64,000 nucleotides of DNA from Opitutales bacterium (GTDB taxonomy: Bacteria; Verrucomicrobiota; Verrucomicrobiia; Opitutales; PNEW01): the NCBI GenBank assembly GCA_965197745.1, contig CBDANS010000006.1:256001-320000 (forward strand), in the 5' to 3' direction. The position numbers and the translations under genes are program-made. The notes below the pieces were generated by a model. That model was not told where the DNA came from. It did not search any database and saw only the letters and a list, made by a program, of their open reading frames with translations. Positions 10,492-21,237 of this stretch are shown one piece after another. The first letter of the stretch is position 1, and every line of letters starts with the position of its first letter.

Positions 10492-11145
10492 TCATTTTCG
10501 AAAAACGCCAGTAACCATAATCCAGGGAAATGGATTGAGTATTTTAGTGATAGAGAATTCAGCGTTATAAAGAAATTTTTTAAATTCTTTCATAGACCAG
10601 TGATTTATATGCCCGGGAGTATTTCCAAAATCCCTGATATACTTTCCTCGGATACAATTTAATATTCTCCATACCGGCTCATGGGGCACTGAAAGCAGGT
10701 ATTGATTGGCACCTAAAGTCCTTAGGGATTTTAAAGCGTCTGAGGGCTGCTCAACGTGTTCCAGAACTTCGCAGCAAATAACGAGATCCGCGTAATCCTC
10801 TTCTGCGTTTAAATGATTGATACTGCGATGGACATAAGAAATGCCCGCGTCATTTCTCCGAACATTTTCCTCTATTAAGGTAAAAGAAAAATCTGACGCT
10901 CGAATGGGCACTTGACAGCTTTCATATATTCTTCTTGCCAGCCGCCCTTCGCCACATCCCACATCATGAATAGATTTAGCGTTGTAAGCATTCGTGAATT
11001 TTAATATTTTTTCATCGAAATTGGCTATCATCCAGCGAGCAATTGGATTTCGGAGCGTTGCCTTATCCAGTTGATTGCCAATTAAAACACCTTCCTCTTT
11101 TATCCCCCTGTGATGCTCAAACACCATCTTCTCATTTTTAATCAT
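10492..11145 (-). CDS. Class I SAM-dependent methyltransferase
   Basis: DVGCGEG, CEVLEHV, SVPHEP, GHINHW. Confidence 0.9.
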   Translation of the reverse strand: MIKNEKMVFEHHRGIKEEGVLIGNQLDKATLRNPIARWMIANFDEKILKFTNAYNAKSIHDVGCGEGRLARRIYESCQVPIRASDFSFTLIEENVRRNDAGISYVHRSINHLNAEEDYADLVICCEVLEHVEQPSDALKSLRTLGANQYLLSVPHEPVWRILNCIRGKYIRDFGNTPGHINHWSMKEFKKFLYNAEFSITKILNPFPWIMVTGVFRK

Positions 11146-11197
11146 CGATCCTTCAAATCTAATGAGGCTTAAATTCTAAATTGATAGCACCCCATGA

Positions 11198-12166
11198 TCA
11201 GCCATCATTGCCCCTTTTATCTTCCTTGATCTGATCTTCCAGGGCCTGTTGTCGCGCCCGAATATTCTCTAATAATTGACGATTCACGGAAATAAGATCG
11301 GAAAGCAAAGCTACCATATATAAGAGAAGACCCGATCCCATAAGCAGGGCAGACATAATAACCGACTGGATCTTTCCCGAACCTTCCCCGAAATAAAAAT
11401 AATAAAGAAATCGCAGTCCAACCAAAAACCCGGCGAAAAAAGTGAACAGGCCACAATAGGAAAAAAATTTAAAAGGCTGATAGGTTATAAAGATGCGCAA
11501 TATGGTGACAATTGACTGTTTAAGATAGGAAGGAACGCTACGGATAAGGCGTGAGGGGCGCGTTTCACCGTTTATGCGAACGGGGACCGAGGTGATCGCC
11601 ATTCCTTTCTGTCCCGCCTGAATAATTGTTTCGAGCGTGTAGGTGTAATCGTTAAAGACATTAAGTTGAATGGCCGCATCCCGACTGAAAGCGCGAAATC
11701 CACTGGGCGCATCATGAATTTCCGTTTTGCTCACGATCCGGACGACCATGCTCCCAAATTTCTGCAGTAATTTTTTCGTCAAACTAAAATGTTTGATGTG
11801 CGCGATATCGCGCGCGCCCACTACAATCTCGGCCCTCTTTCTCAATATAGGTTCAACCAGTTTCGGGATGTCATCAGCACAGTACTGGTTGTCGGCATCG
11901 GTATTTACTATTATGTCAGCCCCCTGTTTGATTCATTCTTCCAGTCCGGCCGTAAAGACTCTGGCCAGTCCACGATTACGGGTAAAATTTACAATGTGGT
12001 CGACGCCATTAGCGCGCGCTGTTTCCTCCGTATGATCCACGCTTCCATCATTAATAACCAGCCATTCAACGACATCTATCCCCGGAATTTCACGCGGTAA
12101 ATCGCTAAGCGTTTGCGGCAACGATTCCTCTTCGTTATAACACGGAATTTGAATGATGAGTTTCAT
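11198..12166 (-). pseudogene. GT2 polyprenol-phosphate glycosyltransferase (DPM/GtrB-like) interrupted by an in-frame TGA
   Basis: The two ORF-track pieces share one frame: GLEE-TGA(11935-11933)-IKQGADIIVNTDADNQY. Read-through gives a normal 322-codon GT2 with DxD motif and two C-terminal TMs. Confidence 0.85.
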
Positions 12167-12450
12167 GGCGTTAAACAGATACCTCCAACATGTTTTCGAT
12201 AATTACGATAGCTGATATAATCATCTGTGGGAGAAAACTGGTAAACACTCTTTGTAGAATAAAATAAGATTAATATTCATTCGCTATTAACTTTTATAAA
12301 AATGGGCATAAACAATTATGAGGAGATTTATAAAAGAGATTGAATTTAGTATGTAGCGTTTGTTTTAAATCGACTTTCAACTAAAGCAAATTATTCTTCC
12401 ACAATCAAGTTTCCATCCTCTTGAGAGGATGATTCGCTTATTATTTATTT

Positions 12451-13899
12451 ATGGATTATAAATTACATTTTGATTGGGTATCACAAAATGATACCAAACC
12501 ACGTCGCTACCAAAAATCATTTCACGCGCAGATTTTATCCCTTTTAAAGCACCACATCCCCGAAGGGAGAAGTGTAATTGAATGGGGATGCGCGGGTGGC
12601 GATCTCCTCGCTGGATTGAAACCTGATCGAGGATTAGGTATTGATCTTAGTTCCAAAATGGTGACAAGAGCGCAATCCCGCCACGAAGAAGGTAATTTGG
12701 AATTTCGCTGTGCAGACATACAAACTGAGCCGGTTAGCGAAAAATTTGATGTCATTGTTATGGATTACCTCGCAGGTTATCTTCAGGACATCCAGAAATG
12801 CCTGGAAAAAATGCACGACTGCAGCCACGCACGTACCCGCCTTTACCTCACCTCCCTGAACTACGCCTGGCGTCCTATCTTCGCCTTAGCGCAACCTCTC
12901 GGGCTCGTTGTAAAACAACCACCCAGTAATTGGCTGTCTACTAACGATCTTGTAAACCTTCTAACCCTCGCAGAGTGGGATGTTATCTACAAGAGCACTG
13001 AGCAAATATTTCCTTTTAATATTCCGTTAATTTCATCCTTATTTAATCGGTTTCTCGTTCGCCTTCCATTCTTCAAACATTTTGGCGCCACCCTGCTACT
13101 GATCGCCCGGCCACGAATTAAACCTTCGTTAAAGGGTGAGATAAGTTGCTCTGTTATCATTCCAACACGCAACGAAGCTGGCAATATCAGACCCGCGCTG
13201 GAGCGTGTCCCCGTCCTCGGCAAAAAAACGGAAATTGTATTAGTCGAAGGTCATAGTGAAGATGATACCTGGGAAGTAATCCAACGCGAGGTAAAGAATT
13301 ATCAAGGCCCACATGAGATCGCTTATTGTCAGCAACCCGGAAAAGGTAAATGGGATGCCGTCTATACCGGTTTTGCCAAAGCAAAGGGAGACATTCTTGT
13401 CATTCAGGATGGAGACTTAACCGCCCCGCCCGAAGATTTACCCAAATTTTATTACGCTGTCGCGAATGGCCTCGCTGAATTTGCCAATGGCAGCCGCCTT
13501 GTTTATCCGATGGAAGACAGAGCCATGCGCACCCTCAATTTTTTTGGGAATAAGTTTTTTGCCCTCCTTTTAACTTACATTATTGGACAACCGGTAAAAG
13601 ACAGTTTATGCGGGACGAAAATGATAATGAGAGAAGACTACGAACGGTTACTTGAACGCATAAAAGTATTTGGTGAATTTGATCCCTTTGGAGACTTCAA
13701 TCTATTATTCGGTTCCGCCTTACTCGATTTACGTATCCGGGATATTCCGGTCAGATACAGAGATCGCACTTATGGTGATACTAATATTTCCCGATTCAGA
13801 CATGGTGTTTTACTTCTTAGAATGTGTTGGTTTGGCCTTCACAATTTAAAGTTTCCGTCTTTCAAGAAAATTCGCGCTGAAAAGAAGCTTAAGCAATAA
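12451..13899 (+). CDS. Bifunctional class I methyltransferase / GT2 glycosyltransferase
   Basis: N-terminal EWGCAGG SAM motif; C-terminal SVIIPTRNEAGNI, QDGDL, DSLCGTK, DPFGDF. Confidence 0.9.
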   Translation: MDYKLHFDWVSQNDTKPRRYQKSFHAQILSLLKHHIPEGRSVIEWGCAGGDLLAGLKPDRGLGIDLSSKMVTRAQSRHEEGNLEFRCADIQTEPVSEKFDVIVMDYLAGYLQDIQKCLEKMHDCSHARTRLYLTSLNYAWRPIFALAQPLGLVVKQPPSNWLSTNDLVNLLTLAEWDVIYKSTEQIFPFNIPLISSLFNRFLVRLPFFKHFGATLLLIARPRIKPSLKGEISCSVIIPTRNEAGNIRPALERVPVLGKKTEIVLVEGHSEDDTWEVIQREVKNYQGPHEIAYCQQPGKGKWDAVYTGFAKAKGDILVIQDGDLTAPPEDLPKFYYAVANGLAEFANGSRLVYPMEDRAMRTLNFFGNKFFALLLTYIIGQPVKDSLCGTKMIMREDYERLLERIKVFGEFDPFGDFNLLFGSALLDLRIRDIPVRYRDRTYGDTNISRFRHGVLLLRMCWFGLHNLKFPSFKKIRAEKKLKQ

Positions 13900-13905
13900 G
13901 CCACA

Positions 13906-15846
13906 TCAGTTTAAAGGAAAGATGCGCGCTACTTGTTGATTCATTAAATTAAGGGACTCATCACTTCGGAACTGTTTCAGGAGAGGCAGCGTATCTGAGG
14001 GCGCTCTACGCATCAAGGCAACCGATAATATTGGATCGGCCTCGTCAAGGGGTATGGCCACAGCTCTTATCCATTCATTTTCACTGGCTTGATTTGATAA
14101 TATCAGCGCGCCTAAAGCTGATGAGGCAATGGGTAATTCCAGCCCAGTTAATGTTCTCCATTGGTTTACCGCCTCTTCAATCTGACCGGTTTTCCACCAG
14201 GCTATGGCTTCCATAAATTTCAAGGTGGGATCCTTTCTCGTAAGTTTGCTTAATCGCTTGAGTTGATCCGTCCAGGATTCACCCGTCGTCGAATGAGCGT
14301 TGTTGATATACAGATTATAATAACTTAAAATGGCAACTCGTATGGCATCAGGTCGATCAGCTGATTTTTCCAAGGCTAAAACCCCCCAATGATGGGCCGT
14401 TTCATCCCAGCCTAATCGCGCCGCGGCATTGGCCAATAGCAAATAGTCTTGAATAAACGTGGCCTCATCTTGAGCGTCAAAAAAATTAGAATAAGTCACA
14501 CCACTGACAAAAACAATAACGGCGATAAATCCCGATTTAAAAGTGAGGCTCATCTTTTTCCATTTAAGAGGGAGAGAAGCCCAGACCGAAGAACCGAGAA
14601 CTAAGAGCGACATGAGGGGCAATCGAAAACGTGAACTAACATAAAAGATAAGCACGCCCGCAGCGTATACAGCGGATAAGGCAATTATTAATCGCCATTC
14701 ACGGGGATAGCTTCGAAATCCTAATAAACATCCCCCCGCGCTGAGTATTAATAAAAGCCCCCACCCTATCGGGTTAAACCGCAACCACGGTGATAATCGC
14801 TTGTGTAAGCTATACGTTTTATTGCTGTACTGTTCGTAGTTGTTAAACAAATAATAGAACTTACGGGTCATGAGAGAGCGCCATTCTTCAGGATGACTGG
14901 CGATCATTGTCTGAAATTTTTTCCTCCAGTAATGGTTCATCTCATCAATATTTACCGGTGGTTGCGTTTCAGTTTCATTTAAATAAAGATAGAGAGATTC
15001 AATTTTTGCCGGATTGGCGTGTATCTCTGTCTTTTCGATGAATATTTCCTGTTTAAAAAATTTACCATTAGCGCCAGGTTTATTTGCGGCCCACAAGTTA
15101 TAAGCCCCCTGCCAGGGCATGATTCGGAAGACACCGGCGTGCGCGTATTGTATCACCCCGCCACAGCATAGCACCGCGGCGCCTGCCACTAATATAATCA
15201 GCGATGACCGTAAAGTCTCTCGCCAATTGAGCAGCGTAAATCCAAGGATAAATGGTGTCGCCAGATAAACGACAAGGAAATGAGGTCTGACGAGTGTAGC
15301 CAGTCCCAAAAAAAGCCCTGTGCTCAAGTATTCTTTGTAAAAGTTCCTGTGCTCTTCCCTGTCTCTTCTATTTAAAAGAGGCAGGATTCCGCATAAGCCA
15401 CAAATAAATAAAAATGTACCTAAAGTAATATCATACGGATCAACAGCAAAATAAATGAGTATGGGATTAAAGCCAAAAAGCAGTGTTGAGAACAAAGCCC
15501 CGTAACGGTTTTTAAAAAGCCCGTAAGTGAGCGTGTAAATTAATGACGTGGACATGGCATGCAAGACCAGCCCCAAAAGTTGTGTTGCCATAAGAGTCGC
15601 CCCTGACGAAAACCCCAACATATAAAATACGGATATGAGACAGGGATAAAGCATCGCACGGAAAAAAGGTTCCGGAGGGAGAGTGCCATTGGCGATAGCT
15701 TCAGCAATGAGCATATTCTCAGCACCGTCGAGGACGGGAGACTGGCCCAGTGGGGTTCCCCAATACCAGAATAGATATAATAACCCGTACCCAAATGTGC
15801 CCAATAGAATCCACCTTGTCACGCGATCACTTAAGGCGGCCAGCAT
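13906..15846 (-). CDS. GT39/ArnT-like membrane glycosyltransferase with helical (TPR-like) C-terminus
   Basis: PVLDG..., PFFRAMLYP, LATLVRPH, SRFRLP; helical tail. Confidence 0.75.
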   Translation of the reverse strand: MLAALSDRVTRWILLGTFGYGLLYLFWYWGTPLGQSPVLDGAENMLIAEAIANGTLPPEPFFRAMLYPCLISVFYMLGFSSGATLMATQLLGLVLHAMSTSLIYTLTYGLFKNRYGALFSTLLFGFNPILIYFAVDPYDITLGTFLFICGLCGILPLLNRRDREEHRNFYKEYLSTGLFLGLATLVRPHFLVVYLATPFILGFTLLNWRETLRSSLIILVAGAAVLCCGGVIQYAHAGVFRIMPWQGAYNLWAANKPGANGKFFKQEIFIEKTEIHANPAKIESLYLYLNETETQPPVNIDEMNHYWRKKFQTMIASHPEEWRSLMTRKFYYLFNNYEQYSNKTYSLHKRLSPWLRFNPIGWGLLLILSAGGCLLGFRSYPREWRLIIALSAVYAAGVLIFYVSSRFRLPLMSLLVLGSSVWASLPLKWKKMSLTFKSGFIAVIVFVSGVTYSNFFDAQDEATFIQDYLLLANAAARLGWDETAHHWGVLALEKSADRPDAIRVAILSYYNLYINNAHSTTGESWTDQLKRLSKLTRKDPTLKFMEAIAWWKTGQIEEAVNQWRTLTGLELPIASSALGALILSNQASENEWIRAVAIPLDEADPILSVALMRRAPSDTLPLLKQFRSDESLNLMNQQVARIFPLN

Positions 15847-15984
15847 AGTTAATCCTTATACTATAGTGAGGTGAAACGGCAATGTTCATAATCGAGTGGT
15901 TGGGGTTAAAAACTTTACTCTGATGTTCAATGCATGGGAGAATGGTATTGTCCTTAAACGGTTACAACGCTAAACAAATTACTT

Positions 15985-16677
15985 ATGCTAACCCGATTAT
16001 TTCGCAATAAGCATGCTTTATGGATATTGTCTATAAACCTGCTCCTATTGCTTATAGTCATAGCCTTGGGTTGGATATACTGGCAAGAATTGTCCCCTTC
16101 GGTTTTCGTTATGGGGACACGGTTTTGGTCCATGCTGCAGGAAACACCCGCCGTTGTATTCTTCGGGCTTATGGCCGTTCTTCCTCTGCTCCCTATACCA
16201 TTAAGCCCATTTTTTCTCATTGCCGGTTCAATTTACGGATTCTCTTTCAGTCTCACTTCAATTGCCGTCGTGATATTGGTAAATCTCTCCCTGTCTTATT
16301 ATATTGCCACCGGTTTATTTCGACCGCTCATCGAAAAAATTGTCGCCAGATTTTCATATCGCATCCCTGAAGTTTATCCCTCCGAACATTTGAAGATTTC
16401 AGTTGTCTTGCGCATCACCCCGGGAATGCCTTATTTTGTGAAAAACCTGCTCAACGGTCTCGTGGGAGTCCCCTTTAAACTCTATATTATGGTATCCTGG
16501 CCCCTGGAGATGGCATGGGCGATAGCCTTTTTAATCCTCGGTGAATCCCTTTTTGAAGGCAGCTTCGGTCTCGCCGTTTCTGCTGTCAGTCTTATTATCG
16601 TCCTGATATTGATGACAAAAATAATTCGCGATCGTTATGCCAAATCCGATACAAGCAACCCTGTTACCAGCGGATGA
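15985..16677 (+). CDS. TVP38/TMEM64/VTT (DedA superfamily) membrane protein
   Basis: LRITPGMPYFVKNLLNG motif and multiple TMs. Confidence 0.8.
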   Translation: MLTRLFRNKHALWILSINLLLLLIVIALGWIYWQELSPSVFVMGTRFWSMLQETPAVVFFGLMAVLPLLPIPLSPFFLIAGSIYGFSFSLTSIAVVILVNLSLSYYIATGLFRPLIEKIVARFSYRIPEVYPSEHLKISVVLRITPGMPYFVKNLLNGLVGVPFKLYIMVSWPLEMAWAIAFLILGESLFEGSFGLAVSAVSLIIVLILMTKIIRDRYAKSDTSNPVTSG

Positions 16678-17995
16678 CCAGATTCACACTGTTTCCCAGA
16701 TAACGAAACAGGTTAAAACGCTCCTCGAGTCCCATCTCTCCGATTGCTGGGTGCGCGGTGAAATATCGAATTTTCGCCGTCAGTCCAGTGGTCATTGCTA
16801 CTTTTCACTTAAAGACCATGCCAGCGTGCTCTCAGCAGTAATCTTTCGGGGCGATGCCTCGAGAGTGAACCTGGAACTCAGAGATGGGCAGGAAGTCATC
16901 GCTTTTGGCCGAGTCAATGTTTACGAACCACGCGGAACTTATCAGTTAATAATTCGGTTTGTCGTAGATGATGGCGCGGGTCGGCTGCAGATGGAATTCG
17001 AACGGCTTAAAAAATTGCTCGCCGATGAGGGCCTCTTCGAATCCGAACAAAAAAAACCACTTCCTCTCCTTCCTCAAACCATCGGTATAATTACTTCACC
17101 CACCGGTGCTGCTGTTCGGGATTTTATCAGTATATTAAAACGCCATGACTGGCGCGGAAAATTAATTGTCCTACCTGTCAAAGTACAGGGAGAGGGCGCT
17201 GCAGAAGAAATTGCCTCCATGCTGAATATGGCCCCCCGCCTACAGGATATTGATTTAATCATGCTGGGAAGAGGAGGTGGCAGCCTGGAAGACCTTTGGC
17301 CATTCAATGAAGAGAAAGTTGTCAGGGCTATAGCCGCTTGTGATATTCCCGTCACTTCCGCAGTGGGTCATGAAATTGACTATACGCTCAGCGATTTTGT
17401 CGCTGATCACCGAGCGGAAACACCTTCGGCCGCGGCAGAGTATATCTCCCGTGGATATCACGATTGCCAGGACCGAATAAGGCGGGCGGCTGATTTTCTC
17501 GAGGAGAATATTCAAGTTCGAGTAGAAAGACTCCATAACCGATTAGACCTGCAGGAAAGTCATCTTATTCGTCTCTCACCCAAACAACTGATAGAACATC
17601 ATTACCTTCGTTTAGATGACGTGGCCAACCGCCTGCAGGCCTTATTAAAAGAGGGCATTTCAACAGGGAGGGAGCAATTAGGTGAACTCGCTACTCGACT
17701 TTACGGATTATCGCCTGAAGGTGCCTATCGATTGGCAGCCCTAAAATTTAAAGCGGCGAAAGACCGTTACACCAGATTTGCTATAAATGCTTTAGATAAG
17801 CCAAGCACACGGATTGAGCAACTCTCCAAACGTTTGAATGATGTCGGTCCTCAACAAACGCTGATGCGTGGGTTTGTTCTCGTAAGAGATGAAAAAGGAA
17901 ATATTGTCAGTCGTAAGAAGGGGATAACTAAAGGGCTTAAATTGAAAAATCAGTTTTACGACGGAGATATAATTGTAGAGGTCACTGAGAATTGA
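16637..17995 (+). CDS. xseA: Exodeoxyribonuclease VII large subunit
   Basis: WVRGEISN, SGHCYFSLKD, ITSPTGAAVRD, RGGGSLEDLWPFN, AVGHEIDYT, AETPSAAAE. Confidence 0.97.
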   Translation: MPNPIQATLLPADDQIHTVSQITKQVKTLLESHLSDCWVRGEISNFRRQSSGHCYFSLKDHASVLSAVIFRGDASRVNLELRDGQEVIAFGRVNVYEPRGTYQLIIRFVVDDGAGRLQMEFERLKKLLADEGLFESEQKKPLPLLPQTIGIITSPTGAAVRDFISILKRHDWRGKLIVLPVKVQGEGAAEEIASMLNMAPRLQDIDLIMLGRGGGSLEDLWPFNEEKVVRAIAACDIPVTSAVGHEIDYTLSDFVADHRAETPSAAAEYISRGYHDCQDRIRRAADFLEENIQVRVERLHNRLDLQESHLIRLSPKQLIEHHYLRLDDVANRLQALLKEGISTGREQLGELATRLYGLSPEGAYRLAALKFKAAKDRYTRFAINALDKPSTRIEQLSKRLNDVGPQQTLMRGFVLVRDEKGNIVSRKKGITKGLKLKNQFYDGDIIVEVTEN

Positions 17996-18123
17996 CAATC
18001 CATTCAATTGGCGATTTTCGATTGCTGATTGAGCCTTACGGTTTTCATCTCTTTTAACTTTAATCGTAAATTTTGTGCTCCATCATTCGAAAATCGTAAA
18101 TCGGCAATCGACAATTGTCACCG

Positions 18124-19002
18124 TCACATAGCGGCTAAAGATTGAAAATCGACCGCTTCAAGATCCGCGTGAAATTCCTTAATTTTATCTCCGGCTAACG
18201 GAATGCCCGGGAGCGTGGGAGGGCCACAATCCAGGCCGAGCAGCCTCAACGCTTCCTTAAGGGCGCCACGAAATTCATATTTTTTGAATATATTGATGAC
18301 TTCATTAACCTTAAGCTGCAGGACCAATCCCTCTTCGTATTTACCGGCTGCGCAACACTCATGGATCTTTCGATAGACACCGGCCAAGACATTAACCGTG
18401 GAACCCACGTTGCCGGAAACTCCCATCATCAAACAAAAAACACAGTGTTCATCCATCCCGGAGAATACCGTCCATTCGCCATCACTGATATCAATTATAC
18501 GTTTTAATTCGTCCATGTCGGAGCCGGTATATTTGGTGCCCGTAATATTAGGAATCTGCTTAAGCTCGTGCAAAAGATCCTCCCCTGCCCCGAAAAGATA
18601 AGGCATGACCGGTAAATCCGGGACGGCATTGGCAATAGCTTCAAAATAAGGGTAGAGGCTGTCTCCAAAATACATGGGAGGGATAATACTGCTTATTCCG
18701 GACGCTCCATTGTCGCGCGCATGTCGAGTCAAATCCAGCGCATCGCGCAAGGCGAGACTTCCGGTATGAACAATTACCGGCACACGCTCTTGAAGATGCT
18801 GAACCACGGTTTCCACTACCCGCTTACGTTCCGGCACTGATAAAAATATTCCCTGGCCGGTTGAACCACAAAGATAGAACCCCCCCACACTTTTGCTGAG
18901 AAGATAATCTACAAGATCTTTTAATGCTGAGGGATTGACGGTTCCATCAGATGTAAGCGGGGTTACTAACGCTGGCCAATGACCGCTAAATTTTCGTGTC
19001 AT
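18124..19002 (-). CDS. Dihydrodipicolinate synthase / N-acetylneuraminate lyase family protein
   Basis: PALVTP, YLCGSTGQ, Schiff-base lysine region GTKYT. Confidence 0.85.
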   Translation of the reverse strand: MTRKFSGHWPALVTPLTSDGTVNPSALKDLVDYLLSKSVGGFYLCGSTGQGIFLSVPERKRVVETVVQHLQERVPVIVHTGSLALRDALDLTRHARDNGASGISSIIPPMYFGDSLYPYFEAIANAVPDLPVMPYLFGAGEDLLHELKQIPNITGTKYTGSDMDELKRIIDISDGEWTVFSGMDEHCVFCLMMGVSGNVGSTVNVLAGVYRKIHECCAAGKYEEGLVLQLKVNEVINIFKKYEFRGALKEALRLLGLDCGPPTLPGIPLAGDKIKEFHADLEAVDFQSLAAM

Positions 19003-19224
19003 TATTTTATTTTTAGTTTATTTTAGATCCCAATAAAACAATGAAGCGTGCTGTTTTCCCTTATCATTAGCAATGTTTTTCATCCATTATAAATCTCGCC
19101 ACTCTGAAAAGTCATAAAGTTGCTTAAAGATTTATAATTTTTATCTAGACAATGATTAAGCACCGACTTGAGTTCGTAATAAAGGATAAGAATAGTAAAC
19201 TTTGAACGCTAACACATTACATCC

Positions 19225-20259
19225 ATGTCTGATATAAAAGTAGGAATTGTCGGTTACGGTTATTGGGGTCCGAATCTCGTGCGTAATTTCTTTGAAATAC
19301 CAGGCGCGGAAATTGCCATGGTCAGCGATTTACAGGCTGAGCGCCTGAAGGCAGTGCAAATGCGTTATCCAACGATTAAAACAACGACACGGTATGAAGA
19401 TCTTTTGCAAAATCAGGAATTAGACGCCATTGTCATTGCTACCCCTGTTTCCACGCATTATGAACTGGCGATGCAGGCACTTAAAGCGGACAAACATGTG
19501 TTCGTGGAAAAGCCGCTCGCTGCCAATTCAAATGATGGTCTTCAATTAATTGAAGTAGCCGATAAACGCAATCGGGTGTTAATTGTCGATCACACATTCA
19601 TATACACGGACGCGGTAAAAAAGATGCGCGATATGGTTGTGAGTAATGAACTGGGAGATATTTATTATTACGACTCGGTGCGGATCAATTTAGGATTATT
19701 TCAGCACGACATTAATGTTCTCTGGGACCTCGCTGTTCATGATCTTGCCATTATGGAATATGTCCTTGCTAAATCACCCCTTGCCGTTTCCGCGACAGGG
19801 ATGAGCCACATCGCCGATGAACCGGAAAACCTCGCTTATCTTACTCTTTTTTTTAATGACAACTTGATCGCCCATCTGCATGTCAACTGGCTCGCGCCAT
19901 TGAAAGTAAGACAGGTGCTGGTGGGAGGCAGTCAAAAGATGATTGTTTTTGACGACCTCGAACCGAGCGAGAAAATAAAGATATATGACAAGGGAATTAC
20001 CCTGGAAAAGAATCCTGAAAATATACGCCGCTTGCTTATCGGCTACCGCGCGGGCGATATGTGGGCGCCTCAGCTGGACAGGACCGAGGCCTTACGATCT
20101 GAAGTTTTACACTTCACCGATTGTATTAATAACAAGAAGACTCCCATTACAGACGGGGCTGCCGGATTAAGAGTGGTACAGTTACTTGAGGCGGCTTCAA
20201 TCTCTATGGCCAACCGTGGAGAGCCGATAGAACTCAAGTTAACAAATCCCCTCTCCTGA
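19225..20259 (+). CDS. Gfo/Idh/MocA family oxidoreductase (nucleotide-sugar type)
   Basis: GYGYWGPNLVRNF, HVFVEKP, LWDLAVHD. Confidence 0.9.
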   Translation: MSDIKVGIVGYGYWGPNLVRNFFEIPGAEIAMVSDLQAERLKAVQMRYPTIKTTTRYEDLLQNQELDAIVIATPVSTHYELAMQALKADKHVFVEKPLAANSNDGLQLIEVADKRNRVLIVDHTFIYTDAVKKMRDMVVSNELGDIYYYDSVRINLGLFQHDINVLWDLAVHDLAIMEYVLAKSPLAVSATGMSHIADEPENLAYLTLFFNDNLIAHLHVNWLAPLKVRQVLVGGSQKMIVFDDLEPSEKIKIYDKGITLEKNPENIRRLLIGYRAGDMWAPQLDRTEALRSEVLHFTDCINNKKTPITDGAAGLRVVQLLEAASISMANRGEPIELKLTNPLS

Positions 20260-20359
20260 TTGAATCGCGAGGAAGGGACCATAAAAATTCCAATTACTGA
20301 GTTCATGTTTATTTTGCACCAGAAGAAGACCGCTGAAATTATATCGGCAAAATTTTAAA

Positions 20360-21220
20360 ATGGACGAACTTAATCCTCGATTAGAAAAAATTAAGTCAAT
20401 TCCCATCTGCCCTCAAAGTGGCGGTCGCTTAATTTTAGAATCCGATAAAGCCACCTGTAAAAAAACAGGTGTCGTTTATCCCATCCGTAATGGGAAAATA
20501 TATTTCATTGAGGTCCCGGAACGCGGCGATGAATTAGATGATATCAAAGGTAAATTTAAAAAATGGTTAGGTAAATATTATTACACCCTGGGGAGGGACA
20601 TAGTAGCGCCAACCTATCCCTTTAACTACTCCAAATGGATACATCACTATTTAAATCCTACGACCGATATCGTTGTTGATGCCGGGTGTGGGAATCACCG
20701 TGTCGACGAAAATGTAATCTGTATGGACCTGTTTGATTATGATGCTGTGGATATCGTCTGTAATCTCGATTCCCTGCCATTTAAACGAAACAGTGTAGAC
20801 GCCTTTGTCACCCGCAGTGTCCTGGAGCATGTGCCTGATCCCCCGACGGTGATCGATGGGTTCTTCCGTTGCACGCGTTCTAATGGTATCGGCATGCACC
20901 TCATTCCCTTTCTATTTCCCTTTCACGCATCACCCTATGATTTCCAGCGCTTTACTCATATGGGATTAAAATTTCTTTTCGAGAAATGGAAAATAATCGA
21001 GCAATTCAATGTAACCGGTCCCATTACGCTGGCCATAATCAACACGATCGAATTTCTTTCCATACTGCTCAGTTTTGGGTCCAAAAAAGCAAAAGCTGTC
21101 ATCTATCTTATATTGTGCCTTGTCTTATTTCCCCTTAAATTTCTTGACGCCCCATTCGTTCGGCGAAAAAGTTTCATTACCATCGCGCCCACTATTCTCA
21201 CGGTCATCCGAAAACCGTAA
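20360..21220 (+). CDS. Class I SAM methyltransferase with N-terminal Trm112-like module
   Basis: ICPQSGGRL...YPIRNGKIYF, DAGCG, VLEHVPDP, HASPYDFQRFT. Confidence 0.85.
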   Translation: MDELNPRLEKIKSIPICPQSGGRLILESDKATCKKTGVVYPIRNGKIYFIEVPERGDELDDIKGKFKKWLGKYYYTLGRDIVAPTYPFNYSKWIHHYLNPTTDIVVDAGCGNHRVDENVICMDLFDYDAVDIVCNLDSLPFKRNSVDAFVTRSVLEHVPDPPTVIDGFFRCTRSNGIGMHLIPFLFPFHASPYDFQRFTHMGLKFLFEKWKIIEQFNVTGPITLAIINTIEFLSILLSFGSKKAKAVIYLILCLVLFPLKFLDAPFVRRKSFITIAPTILTVIRKP

Positions 21221-21237
21221 TATTAAGGAATCCAGAC

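Noticed and set aside
11933..11935. Genome-wide TGA recoding or selenoprotein
   Set aside because: Many intact genes here end in TGA (xseA, rpsU, mutY, dnaE); there is only one in-frame case and no convincing SECIS.
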